Of a stretch of DNA of 55,997 nucleotides, positions 9,448 through 18,691 are shown piece by piece. Location of the stretch: the IMG/VR virus record IMGVR_UViG_3300048597_000462, positions 1 through 55,997 of that record; one strand, written 5' to 3'. Under the pieces are notes generated by a model. It was not told where the DNA came from and did not search any database. It saw only the letters and a list, made by a program, of their open reading frames with translations. Source of the DNA: a virus (taxonomy: Duplodnaviria > Caudoviricetes). A program made the position numbers and the translations under genes. Positions within the stretch are counted from its first letter, which is position 1. Each line of letters opens with the position of its first letter.

Positions 9448-9769
9448 AGCGAATAGGCAACATATTAAACTGAGGGCAAGTAAGGTTGATATAGCGAAAC
9501 ATCCCGTCAAGATAAGACCTAGGGGCGGGATTGTCCGGGTTTTGGCGCAAAACATAAGCAAGAAATCCCACCCATGATTGCTCTTCATATTGCATAAAAC
9601 TACTTACTGCCATTTCATTAACCTCTGATTGGGTTCGACTCAATGGCAATGCCCGACAGCAATGAAAACCCATCATTCCACCCAATCTAAATGTCAGATT
9701 AGGATCTTTAGCCGCTTCTGGGTACGGAATAGTTTGAGCCATCAATATTCCCGCCAACAATATATCCAC
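9446..9769 (-). CDS. hypothetical protein
   Basis: 107-aa ORF. Confidence 0.55.
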   Translation of the reverse strand: MDILLAGILMAQTIPYPEAAKDPNLTFRLGGMMGFHCCRALPLSRTQSEVNEMAVSSFMQYEEQSWVGFLAYVLRQNPDNPAPRSYLDGMFRYINLTCPQFNMLPIR

Positions 9770-9772
9770 ATT

Positions 9773-10030
9773 TCAATCCTCTAATGTGTACGTTTCAATG
9801 GTAACCCGTCCCATAACCTTCAGGGTGGATTGTTGTTCATCGTTCAGCAGATTAAAAGCATCGGTCAGATCTTTAGCCTGATACTCCCGCTTCACCGCCA
9901 GCACTTCTGAAACATCCCCATTATCAATCGCATCCAATAGCCGCAGAGCAATATCAGTCACCACAGCAGTATTGGTGGTCGGTGGCTCAGCAAAGTCAAA
10001 TTTCCCCATCAGCATCCCGGTCAAACTCAT
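9773..10030 (-). CDS. hypothetical protein
   Basis: 85-aa ORF. Confidence 0.6.
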   Translation of the reverse strand: MSLTGMLMGKFDFAEPPTTNTAVVTDIALRLLDAIDNGDVSEVLAVKREYQAKDLTDAFNLLNDEQQSTLKVMGRVTIETYTLED

Positions 10031-10100
10031 CCACCGCTAGATTAATCCTCAACCCTTACCAGATAAGCCCTTTACTATCATCAATAGTTCATCCACACCT

Positions 10101-10140
10101 ATTAAGCGATGCTATAGAAGACTTTATAGGACCACTTAAT
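10101..10140. promoter_or_regulatory. 40-bp palindrome, copy 2
   Basis: ATTAAGCGATGCTATA-GAAGACTT-TATAGGACCACTTAAT. Confidence 0.85.
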
Positions 10141-10222
10141 AGGTAATTATGCTTAATCTTTGTGTGTACAATGCAACGGAGTTATGTTATGATGTGAGGG
10201 TACACAATACGGGAGATACCCC

Positions 10223-10909
10223 ATGGAGAATTTGATTAAAGCATTGGTTAAGGCTCGGTCTGAGTTTGACCGGGTGACGAAGGATAGCAATAACCCTTTC
10301 TTTAAAAGTAAATATGCTGACCTAGCGTCAGTAGTAGCGGCAATCACCCCAGCACTATCCGCCAATGGTCTGGTGGTGACTCAGCCCATTGTGACGATTG
10401 ACCCTACGCTATCCCCGATACTACCCAAGCCGGTAAAAACGGAAAAGTCGGAATCTCCAGTGGATGTCCCTATGACGACCATAGGGGTTTTAACCCAGGT
10501 ATGGCATGAGTCTGGAGAAAAGCTGGAAAGCGTCTTCCCTGTTCCCCCCATGGAAGACATCCAAAAGGTGGGATCTGCGATCACGTATATCCGCCGGTAT
10601 GCCCTGTCATCTTTGTTGGGGGTTGCCCCGGAGGATGATGATGGCAACGCCGCCAGTCAAGGTAACAATGGCAATGGTAACGGTGCGGTAAAAAAGCCTG
10701 CTAACGGCACCATCAGCCGTGAAGAATGGCTCAAAAAGCAGGGCAAGACTGCCCCGCCGCCCAAGCCAGAAGTTCCCAAACCATTGGCTCCCAAGGACGT
10801 TCAGGCATTAAAGGAAGATTTGGGAGTTGCCCCGGAGTTACCCAAAGTGGAAGCACCCCCCAAGGCTACAGTTCCGGCAACTGTGCCTGATGATGAGCCT
10901 CCCTTTTAA
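10223..10909 (+). CDS. ERF-family single-strand annealing protein
   Basis: NPFFKSKYADL, HESGE, QKVGSAITYIRRYAL, EDDDGN. Confidence 0.92.
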   Translation: MENLIKALVKARSEFDRVTKDSNNPFFKSKYADLASVVAAITPALSANGLVVTQPIVTIDPTLSPILPKPVKTEKSESPVDVPMTTIGVLTQVWHESGEKLESVFPVPPMEDIQKVGSAITYIRRYALSSLLGVAPEDDDGNAASQGNNGNGNGAVKKPANGTISREEWLKKQGKTAPPPKPEVPKPLAPKDVQALKEDLGVAPELPKVEAPPKATVPATVPDDEPPF

Positions 10910-10984
10910 ACGTTCCACCGTACACAAACAATCCTGGGTTATCCCGAAAGGCAAGCCGCATAGCCCAGGTTAGGAGAATAAACT

Positions 10985-13543
10985 ATGCTTCAATTGCGAG
11001 ACTATCAAGAAAAGGTCAAGCGTGACCTTTACACTCTAGTCAGGGAAGGTTTTAGCAAAGTATTGGTTGTGGCCAGCACCGGGTCGGGCAAGTGTCTGGG
11101 GAAAGGAACCCCGGTCATGCTGTATGACGGCACAATCAAGCCAGTAGAAGAAATCAAGGTAGGCGATCAACTAATGGGCGACGATTCTACCCCCCGGACA
11201 GTATTAAGCCTGGCAAGGGGGCAGGAAGAATTGTTTAAGGTAACGCCGGTCAAGGGGGATTCATGGGTATGCAATAAATCGCATATTCTATCCCTCGTCT
11301 GTAATGCTAAAAAAGGAGCCTTGCAACACGGTCAAATTTACGATATTCCTGTTGGGGATTACCTCGAACTAGGGCGAACCCACAAACACGTTCTAAAGCA
11401 ATATCGAGTGGGTGTTACTGAGTTTGGCAACAATAGCGGCGATCTCCCTGTAGATCCATGGCTGTTGGGATTGTTCATCGGGGATGGGCATAAAACAGGC
11501 AATTCATTTCATCTCAATGACACCACAAAGATTGATGTTGCGGTTAAAGCTTCATCGGTATTAGTCGATTCAGGGTTTAGCCCTTCATCAAGCAGGGAAG
11601 GGAGTGCCCATGGAGTCCGACTTGGTATTCGCATGAATACCGCAACAGAAAGGTTTATCTATTTTGTGAGGAGGGCATGGGACGGTGAAATACTTAACGC
11701 CCACAACATTTACATCCCTCACAAGTACAAGACATCATCTATTGAAAACAGACTTGCATTATTGGCTGGGCTAATAGACTCTGATGGAAGCTTTGATGGA
11801 ATGTGCTTTTCATTTTCTACCGTCAGCGAGTCACTGGCGGATGATGTGTGCTTTGTTGCCCGTTCACTGGGACTTGCCGCCTATAAAGCATTTCGGGCAA
11901 CAAAATGTGATGGCAAGTCCTTCCCATCATTTCGGGTTAGCATTAGTGGCGATTTGTCCGGTCTGCCTTGCGCCCGGTGGCAAACGTCTGAGCGTAAGCA
12001 GATAAAAAGTGTTTTACGCACAGGCTTTTCTATTGAGTCGCTGGGTGTTGGCGATTACTATGGCTTTACTATTGACGGCAACCACCGATTTTTACTAGGG
12101 GACTTTACCGTTACCCATAACACCGAAACAGCCGTATCAATAGTGGAGGATGCCCTATCCAAGGGGAGGCGGGTTGCCTTTGTTGTCCACCGGGATAACC
12201 TAGTCAGGCAGACCTTAGCCCGGTTCCAGAAATATGGTCTAAACCCATCGGCGGTAAAAGCAGGATTTAAACCGGACTATGACAATCCCTGTCAGGTGGT
12301 CAGTTTACAGACAGTGGTACGGCGCAAAAATGCCCTGCATACCCTGGAGGACATCGCCATCTATGACGAAGCCCACATCACCGCTTGGTCAACGCTGGGC
12401 AAAGATTTAATCACCAATAACGCCCACCGGCTCACCATCGGGTTGACTGCCACACCTTGGCGGTTGTCCAAAAGGGAGGAAATGGGCGATTTATTCTCCG
12501 AGGTGGTGTGCGCTCCATTGCCCGCTCAGTTAATTGAGAAAGGGTTTTTGGTGCCGCCCCGGTACTTTGGGCTGGATGGCATTGATACCAGCGAGGTTAG
12601 AACCACCGCCGGAGATTTTAACCTGGGAGACTTGGGCGTTTTAACCAATGACCCCGAGGTGGTACAAACCGCTGTCAGAGAATGGCTACGTTTGGCTGAG
12701 AACAGAAAGACCATTGTATTCTGCGTGAACGTTGCCCACTCTCAGGCAATCGCCCGTGAGTTTAACCGTCAGGGCATCCCCGCCGCCCACGTTGACGGCA
12801 CCATGGACTCGGTTAAAGAGTGTCAGCCACTATATGACAAGCTAGCCAAAGGTAAAATCAAGGTCATTAGTTCTTGTGAGAAACTCTCGGAGGGCTTTGA
12901 CGTGCCGGATATTGGCTGTGCCATGCTGTGCCGTCCTACTAAGTCCAGGGCAAAATACGTTCAACAGATTGGTCGTGCCCTACGGATATTCCCCGGCAAA
13001 AAAGATGCGATAATCCTCGACCAAGCTGGCAACGTTCCCCGCCATGGCTTTGTGGAGGATTTAACCAAAGCTGATTTCAGGTTGTATCTTTCCACCGATG
13101 CCCCAAAGGGGGAGCCGCCAGTTAAAGAGTGCGAGTGTTGCCATGCCCTGGTCAGAATATCCGCCAGGGAATGCCCAGAGTGTGGCAACCCCTTTCCCAT
13201 TAAGGAGCGGGAAAAGGCAGTGGGGCAATTGACTGAGTTGCGGCAACCTATACTGGTTGAATCAGAGCTACCCTATCGCCATCAGCAGTACCGGCAATGG
13301 CGTTGGGAAGCGTACAAAAAGGGTATTGCACCGGGCTATGCCATGGCAAAGTACAGGGAAATCTATGATGATTGGCCACCCAACAACCTATCCCTGGGGG
13401 CAGTGTTTAAGGGCAAAAATGATGACAAAACCCAAAAGCACTTTCTAAACTACCTGGAAAGAATTGCCATCAAGAAAAGCTGGGATAAAAAGAAAATCAC
13501 CCAAGAATTTACTAGGGAATTTGGCTTCCCCCCGGCAATATAA
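10985..13543 (+). CDS. superfamily 2 (DEAH) helicase containing an intein
   Basis: LRDYQ, TGSGK|T, DEAH, TAT, EGFDVP, QQIGRALR, C-terminal zinc finger. Confidence 0.93.
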   Translation: MLQLRDYQEKVKRDLYTLVREGFSKVLVVASTGSGKCLGKGTPVMLYDGTIKPVEEIKVGDQLMGDDSTPRTVLSLARGQEELFKVTPVKGDSWVCNKSHILSLVCNAKKGALQHGQIYDIPVGDYLELGRTHKHVLKQYRVGVTEFGNNSGDLPVDPWLLGLFIGDGHKTGNSFHLNDTTKIDVAVKASSVLVDSGFSPSSSREGSAHGVRLGIRMNTATERFIYFVRRAWDGEILNAHNIYIPHKYKTSSIENRLALLAGLIDSDGSFDGMCFSFSTVSESLADDVCFVARSLGLAAYKAFRATKCDGKSFPSFRVSISGDLSGLPCARWQTSERKQIKSVLRTGFSIESLGVGDYYGFTIDGNHRFLLGDFTVTHNTETAVSIVEDALSKGRRVAFVVHRDNLVRQTLARFQKYGLNPSAVKAGFKPDYDNPCQVVSLQTVVRRKNALHTLEDIAIYDEAHITAWSTLGKDLITNNAHRLTIGLTATPWRLSKREEMGDLFSEVVCAPLPAQLIEKGFLVPPRYFGLDGIDTSEVRTTAGDFNLGDLGVLTNDPEVVQTAVREWLRLAENRKTIVFCVNVAHSQAIAREFNRQGIPAAHVDGTMDSVKECQPLYDKLAKGKIKVISSCEKLSEGFDVPDIGCAMLCRPTKSRAKYVQQIGRALRIFPGKKDAIILDQAGNVPRHGFVEDLTKADFRLYLSTDAPKGEPPVKECECCHALVRISARECPECGNPFPIKEREKAVGQLTELRQPILVESELPYRHQQYRQWRWEAYKKGIAPGYAMAKYREIYDDWPPNNLSLGAVFKGKNDDKTQKHFLNYLERIAIKKSWDKKKITQEFTREFGFPPAI
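11093..12121 (+). mobile_element. intein with LAGLIDADG homing endonuclease
   Basis: Begins CLGKGT, ends VTHN followed by T; LGLFIGDG and LAGLIDSDG motifs; 343 aa. Confidence 0.93.
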
Positions 13544-13564
13544 ACCAACACTAGAGGTAAAACA

Positions 13565-14140
13565 ATGAGTAACGAAAAGATCGATACGTCCGCCATCCTG
13601 CGGCAGTTTGAAAAAAACTTCGAGGCAAGGGAGGCGTTTGCTACCGAGTTGATTGAGCATTGGAGCTTGATCGTAGAAAAAATCAGCATAGCTATCAGAG
13701 AAGATTTAGCTCCAGCCATCATCGACTTTCTTGAAAAGCAAGACAGGGCTGCTGAACAATCCAAAAAGTTGATAACGGACTATCAGGCTAGGCGATCGCA
13801 GTTGAACGAATCAATTGCAAATAAAAACACCCAAGAACCAAACTATGGAGAACCAATCAAAAAATCTTCAGTTGGGCAAATTGAAGGCGTCAGCTACCTA
13901 GAAGGAGGTAAAATTATGTGGATTGAAGGATCAATTCCCGCAGACGGAGACTTGTATTTAGTTGCAATATCTTCTGGCAAGTTAAATCACTATGATTTTT
14001 ATCTTTGTTCAGGGGATATGGATGAAAATCTAATTGATCCGAATGGCAAAATAATCCCATGGGTTAAGCAGAAAGACGTTGAATTTTATATGGACATCCC
14101 TCAAATCCCTACCCCTGATTATCTTTTGCCTGACGCATAA
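13565..14140 (+). CDS. hypothetical protein
   Basis: 191-aa ORF with GAGG ribosome-binding site. Confidence 0.7.
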   Translation: MSNEKIDTSAILRQFEKNFEAREAFATELIEHWSLIVEKISIAIREDLAPAIIDFLEKQDRAAEQSKKLITDYQARRSQLNESIANKNTQEPNYGEPIKKSSVGQIEGVSYLEGGKIMWIEGSIPADGDLYLVAISSGKLNHYDFYLCSGDMDENLIDPNGKIIPWVKQKDVEFYMDIPQIPTPDYLLPDA

Positions 14141-14199
14141 CTATAAACTAAATTCTAAACTTCCCCAAACTATTATCAAGCAAAGTTTGGGGATTTTTT

Positions 14200-14349
14200 A
14201 TGGAAACTATCCTGGCAATTATATGGGGCGCTTGCATTTTTATGATGTTTCTAAACATTGCCCTATGGCGAGATATTCTAATCCAACGCCACCGTAGGAA
14301 CGTCTATCGCCAAAAATTCCGCTGGCACAACAATAAGGAGAAAAAGTAA
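14200..14349 (+). CDS. 49-aa membrane peptide (not in ORF track)
   Basis: METILAIIWGACIFMMFLNIALW followed by a basic tail; TAATG coupling to the next ORF. Confidence 0.55.
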   Translation: METILAIIWGACIFMMFLNIALWRDILIQRHRRNVYRQKFRWHNNKEKK

Positions 14350-14531
14350 TGCGCTGTCCCGCCTGTGGAGTGGTCATAACTCCCGATGATTCTGTTCTAT
14401 TCTCCTACGGTAAACCCGGCACCAGGGCAAGGCTTTGGGCAAGAGTTTGTCAATATGCAAAACGTCCCGATTGCATCAACAAAGACGAAACTAAGATAGG
14501 GGACGTTACGCCGGAGGATTACTACAATTGA
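14349..14531 (+). CDS. small Cys-containing protein
   Basis: CPAC ... RVCQY ... CIN; AAGGAG upstream. Confidence 0.65.
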   Translation: MRCPACGVVITPDDSVLFSYGKPGTRARLWARVCQYAKRPDCINKDETKIGDVTPEDYYN

Positions 14532-14842
14532 AATGCGTTGTTTGTGGGGGGAAATTAAAAGAATCGTCCTATCAGTCCGTTGAAAATAACCGTCGGATAG
14601 CAAAATGCTGGGAGTGTCAAACCTGTGGACAAAAACAGGTAGGTAGTAAGTTGGTAGGAAAAAAGCGTACCCATTATCCCAACTGCGCCCACTGTGGTTC
14701 CATCAGGACAGTAAAAAATGGGCTATATAATGGCAAACAACGGATTAGATGCCGAGATTGCGGTAAGACTATGTTACTCAGATGTCCGATGTCGTCGGTC
14801 ATTTTCGCCAATAACGTAGAGGTCTATCCCCATGGCGGATAG
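14528..14842 (+). CDS. double zinc-ribbon protein (InsA-like ribbon)
   Basis: CVVC/CQTC plus CAHCGS..VKNG..GKQR..CRDC. Confidence 0.6.
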   Translation: MKCVVCGGKLKESSYQSVENNRRIAKCWECQTCGQKQVGSKLVGKKRTHYPNCAHCGSIRTVKNGLYNGKQRIRCRDCGKTMLLRCPMSSVIFANNVEVYPHGG

Positions 14843-15178
14843 CTGTTTCAAAATATCGTGCTTAGCCTCCTTTTGGCGTTCCACTTCCAGCTTTAACTCC
14901 TTTACTTCATGCTCTTGCCGTACTAAATCTTCGTGAAAGTTAGATATTTTTTCCGATAAAGAAATAAACCGATTCTCAATTTTTAGAAGGGTCATTTCTC
15001 CTTGCAGCCTAATCGATTTATCTAACTCTTCTAACTTAGCCCTCATGGTAAAAAAGAAACCTACCGCTACCACTAACGGCACCAACAAACCACCAACGGC
15101 GGCAACATCCTGGATGGGATTATTAACATATTGATATGGAGGCGACTGGGTCTGTTGGGCGTTCATAATATTATCCAC
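14774..15178 (-). CDS. single-TM coiled-coil protein (holin-like candidate)
   Basis: One hydrophobic helix followed by a coiled coil. Confidence 0.6.
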   Translation of the reverse strand: MDNIMNAQQTQSPPYQYVNNPIQDVAAVGGLLVPLVVAVGFFFTMRAKLEELDKSIRLQGEMTLLKIENRFISLSEKISNFHEDLVRQEHEVKELKLEVERQKEAKHDILKQLSAMGIDLYVIGENDRRHRTSE

Positions 15179-15191
15179 GTCTTACTTAATA

Positions 15192-15851
15192 CTAATTCAG
15201 CCAACCGTTTCTAAGCTTTAATAAATCTTCGTAACTACCGTAGTGGATACTGCATTTGCAATTGGTGCGGCATTGGCAAGCGGTCATGGGCAATGGCAAT
15301 TCCCCCACGGGTCTAATGCCCATAGCAAAATATCTGATGCAATCAGGGCAATTTTCTGCCCTATCATTAATCTTTCTGACGGCATATTGAGTCTGCCTGG
15401 AGGCAACGCCTTTCTGATAGCTTACCCGTGAGCCTCGGATGTAGGACGCCAATCTTTGGTCTAACTGCTTTCGTGACAGCTTCCCATCCCTTAAATCCTC
15501 CACCATTTTGCGCAAATAGGGATACTGATTGCGTCTCAATTCATTGGCAACGTCCAGGTAGTGAATACCGTAGGTTTGGTCTTTGCCGCCCCGTCCTATC
15601 CGCATTGCTTGCACATGGGCATCCCTAACCGATTCTGCCACCACCCTCTCCCAACTCGCCAGGGAAACTTCATTTCTAACTAGCCTATTGGTGGCTTCAA
15701 TAACATCGGTTAGGTAGCCAGCTTGTACCCGTTGGATTAACTGATTAACAGCTCGCTGGGGCACCGCCCGACCGTTGGGGTAGTAATAACGACCCTCCCG
15801 CTCAGACCATGTTAAATCACTTAATCCCAGGGCATCAATGATGTTTTCCAT
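15192..15851 (-). CDS. putative minor head morphogenesis protein
   Basis: C-terminal CPDC ... CQCRTNCKC, as in gp7/Mu F-like proteins. Confidence 0.55.
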   Translation of the reverse strand: MENIIDALGLSDLTWSEREGRYYYPNGRAVPQRAVNQLIQRVQAGYLTDVIEATNRLVRNEVSLASWERVVAESVRDAHVQAMRIGRGGKDQTYGIHYLDVANELRRNQYPYLRKMVEDLRDGKLSRKQLDQRLASYIRGSRVSYQKGVASRQTQYAVRKINDRAENCPDCIRYFAMGIRPVGELPLPMTACQCRTNCKCSIHYGSYEDLLKLRNGWLN

Positions 15852-15881
15852 AACCAATATTAAAGCCCGCCAATAAATGGA

Positions 15882-16094
15882 TTATTCTTTTTTCCCTTTA
15901 ATCGACTTTTTTACATTTGAAACAAAGGAATAGACGGCAAATATTGGCCAAAAGAAAACAGTGACAAAAAACGAAACAAATAAATTCACATAAGTCATTG
16001 TGCATTTGAAGTCAAGAAATACTTGACGGTGAAGGTAAAGCCCAAAAGCCAAATAAGAGGCGGCAACTAAAGTGATTAGAACAGTTAAAAACAT
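15882..16094 (-). CDS. small two-TM protein
   Basis: Two hydrophobic segments, FWP motif, basic C-terminus. Confidence 0.6.
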   Translation of the reverse strand: MFLTVLITLVAASYLAFGLYLHRQVFLDFKCTMTYVNLFVSFFVTVFFWPIFAVYSFVSNVKKSIKGKKE

Positions 16095-16099
16095 AATTT

Positions 16100-16546
16100 T
16101 TATTTAATGTTAAAGAATGGCTGTAAATCTACCACCCAGAAATATTCATATCTATTCCCAAGCTCGACCCTGATTTGAATTAAGTCTTTAATCTCATACT
16201 TTAACTCTAGTATTTTCTTGTAAACTCTTTTTCTTTTTTCGTCTGTCCACCCAATCAAAAGATACTTAAAACCTTTCTGACGTATTTTACTTAGATTATC
16301 TTTGATGACTTGAGTCGCCCAACTTACAGCTTCTATATTGCTTCCGGTGTATGTTGCGTTTATTCGCCGGGATCGCTTGGAATCTGCCCCTTTTCTTATC
16401 CAGTCATTAGCATATCTTCTATGGGGATGGGCAACCAAGGCAACCAACGCATACTCCGAGCTGTCACAGTAATACTTCTGTAACTTCAACCTTGCGTGTC
16501 GCCCATCGTTTAACTTTTTCTTGAAAACTAAATCAGCCATTGTCAA
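16100..16546 (-). CDS. hypothetical basic protein
   Basis: 148-aa ORF. Confidence 0.6.
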   Translation of the reverse strand: MTMADLVFKKKLNDGRHARLKLQKYYCDSSEYALVALVAHPHRRYANDWIRKGADSKRSRRINATYTGSNIEAVSWATQVIKDNLSKIRQKGFKYLLIGWTDEKRKRVYKKILELKYEIKDLIQIRVELGNRYEYFWVVDLQPFFNIK

Positions 16547-16617
16547 TGCTTAATTAGGTGGTCAATAATAAAGCCCGCTATGGGGACGGGCTAGGGGGCT
16601 AATCCTTGTTTGCCGGA

Positions 16618-16776
16618 TTAAAACGCTAAGTGATTATCGTCTTCCCATTCAGCCATCATTTGAAGAATAACTTCCCATTCCGAGTCGCATGGGCCATATA
16701 AATAACCACCCACGGCAATACAATAACTTTCATTTTCGCTAATTAGTCTTGGAGGGTTGCAGATTAATTTTGGCAT
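16618..16776 (-). CDS. 52-aa hypothetical protein (not in ORF track)
   Basis: MPKLICNPP...DNHLAF; start overlaps the upstream gene end. Confidence 0.45.
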   Translation of the reverse strand: MPKLICNPPRLISENESYCIAVGGYLYGPCDSEWEVILQMMAEWEDDNHLAF

Positions 16777-17114
16777 AATTTGTTGTCCTCAATGGTAAGC
16801 TCAATCAAAGTGCCTTTTATTCTCTTTTGAAAGTCAAGAATTTGTTTGCTATTCCCATCTGCTCTTAACTCGTGCAATAGATCGTCTATTGATTTTATCT
16901 GTTCGATTACGACTTTTATAGTCTGCAAAGATAGCTTTTCTCTCAGCCGTTGGATAATTTTTAATTGAATAACTTGCTCAACACTGTATATAACAATTGG
17001 TCGTTTTGGGTTACCTCGTTTTTCTGGAACCACCAATCCCGTGCTGTCCAGATAGCTAAGTTTTCCTGCTTTGATACCTGTCATGGTTATGACTTCTTGG
17101 CGGGTAAAAGACAT
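16764..17114 (-). CDS. MerR-type HTH protein
   Basis: FTRQEV..TGI...LSYLD.TGLVVP ... YS.EQVI; GGAG ribosome-binding site. Confidence 0.78.
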   Translation of the reverse strand: MSFTRQEVITMTGIKAGKLSYLDSTGLVVPEKRGNPKRPIVIYSVEQVIQLKIIQRLREKLSLQTIKVVIEQIKSIDDLLHELRADGNSKQILDFQKRIKGTLIELTIEDNKLCQN

Positions 17115-17134
17115 GATATTTCTCCGTTTGTTAT

Positions 17135-17551
17135 TTAACTTTTCCAATAATCATCCAAAGTAGTCCAATCTTTCTCTTGGATTTCCGAAGGATCAATCCC
17201 AACCTCTCGCCATTGTTGCTGGTACTCTTTGATGTCTTTTTCTTTTAGCCCCCAATGGTCAGTCATTCCGTTGGGGGTCGTGCCAGTGACACTCATTAAA
17301 TAGGCGACATCAAACATCAAGTCTTCACTTGCGAGACAGGTTACATAGGCACTATTAGCGGTTAACTCTGGATTTTTCCAGTCGATAATCAGCAACTCTA
17401 TTGGCTTCATTTTTAGTGCCAATTCAACCGCCGATCCGACTAATGGATGGGTATGGTCGAAAGATTTTGACTCAAGCTTATTCAGTTCTTTAATTGACTT
17501 GATATATTTTCTGACGATGGGCTTTTTTAGAATTTGTTCAACGGTAGTCAT
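17135..17551 (-). CDS. hypothetical protein
   Basis: 138-aa ORF. Confidence 0.65.
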   Translation of the reverse strand: MTTVEQILKKPIVRKYIKSIKELNKLESKSFDHTHPLVGSAVELALKMKPIELLIIDWKNPELTANSAYVTCLASEDLMFDVAYLMSVTGTTPNGMTDHWGLKEKDIKEYQQQWREVGIDPSEIQEKDWTTLDDYWKS

Positions 17552-17587
17552 AATGTTGTAGTGGTAAAGCCCCAGACTAGCCGGAGC

Positions 17588-17609
17588 GTTTGTGGTTAAT
17601 CAAACGTGG
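17588..17609 (+). promoter_or_regulatory. 22-bp motif
   Basis: GTTTG-TGGTTAAT-CAAAC-GTGG, abutting the stop codon of the P63C gene. Confidence 0.75.
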
Positions 17610-18377
17610 TTATTTGAGCTTGCCAGAAAATAGGCTTAATTGATATTTCCGGGTTTTACTCTGCTCTAGGAAAGCGACCACTTCACTAAGCGACCCGGCG
17701 CAGGTCATTAAAGTTATAACCTTTTTCAGTTGCTCCCCCAGTAATTCAATACCCTGCTCACTTAGATATTGATGGAGCTTTTTATTGGGGTCGGTTGCAG
17801 ACTGCCATGCCTTGATTTCCTCATAAACCCCTTTAGGCATATAGTCATAAACCATTTCCTTGGTGAGCCGTGCCCATAGCAGGGGACGTTTATGCCCAAT
17901 GGGTTGCAATCCGGTCAACCGGGATAGTTGGTCATAAAATTCAACGCTGAACCGGGGTTGCCAATCCGTGGGCACTGGCAAGCACATAATCTCGACAATC
18001 TCCCGCTCTGTTAACCGACGGGGAGGCTCCCATCCTAGAGTGGACTGGATAATGGTTCGCAGACCAACAGCTCCCAAAGCATCGTCGGTATCCTGGGCAA
18101 CCTCTTTCCCCTGGCGAGAGTAGTATTTAATTATGGCTGAAGCCAGCACATCGGGAATATGGTCTGCACTATCAAAGCTAAGCCCAGCAAAGGGTTTAAG
18201 GTTTTTGGGAGTGTTTTGGCCCGCACCCTCTATCAGTTTTAAAAGCTTGCGGATAGAACTCTCATGTACTCCACTTAGTCGGGCAGTGCCACGGCGACTA
18301 ACAAAGCCATGACCTTTTTCATCTACTGAAAATTCCTTGGCAATACTTTCGGGTAATTCAAAACTTACAATACTCAT
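17610..18377 (-). CDS. P63C-domain antirepressor-like protein
   Basis: WQPRFSVEFY.QL.RL, RP.LWARLT...VY, KLHQYL. Confidence 0.8.
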   Translation of the reverse strand: MSIVSFELPESIAKEFSVDEKGHGFVSRRGTARLSGVHESSIRKLLKLIEGAGQNTPKNLKPFAGLSFDSADHIPDVLASAIIKYYSRQGKEVAQDTDDALGAVGLRTIIQSTLGWEPPRRLTEREIVEIMCLPVPTDWQPRFSVEFYDQLSRLTGLQPIGHKRPLLWARLTKEMVYDYMPKGVYEEIKAWQSATDPNKKLHQYLSEQGIELLGEQLKKVITLMTCAGSLSEVVAFLEQSKTRKYQLSLFSGKLK

Positions 18378-18455
18378 CGTGAGCCTTCCTGTCTTAGGTT
18401 TACTGCCGTTGGGGACTCCCATCCCGTGAACGGCTTTCCCATATTATAACCTTCT

Positions 18456-18477
18456 GTTTGTAGCCACTCAAACGTGT
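18456..18477 (+). promoter_or_regulatory. 22-bp motif overlapping the -35 of the P63C gene promoter
   Basis: GTTTG-TAGCCACT-CAAAC-GTGT; minus-strand TTGAGT-17 nt-TATAAT. Confidence 0.75.
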
Positions 18478-18575
18478 TAAACGCCACACCCGCCCCGACT
18501 TTTTCGGATTAAGTCGTAAAAGTGGACTAACGCATTGCCATGGTGTTATCCAACCCCAACTAAGTATGAATACTC

Positions 18576-18615
18576 ATTAAGCGGTGCTATAAAGTCTTCT
18601 ATAGAGGGACTTAAC
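18576..18615. promoter_or_regulatory. 40-bp palindrome, copy 3
   Basis: ATTAAGCGGTGCTATA-AAGTCTTC-TATAGAGGGACTTAAC. Confidence 0.85.
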
Positions 18616-18691
18616 AGGGTAAGTAGTTACTACTGATGGTGGTAAAAGCCTTTGGTGGATTACTATACAGAGTCCTGCCATTGCCATTCCT

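Noticed and set aside
14660-14775. IS1 element
   Set aside because: Only the zinc ribbon is present; no transposase catalytic domain or terminal repeats
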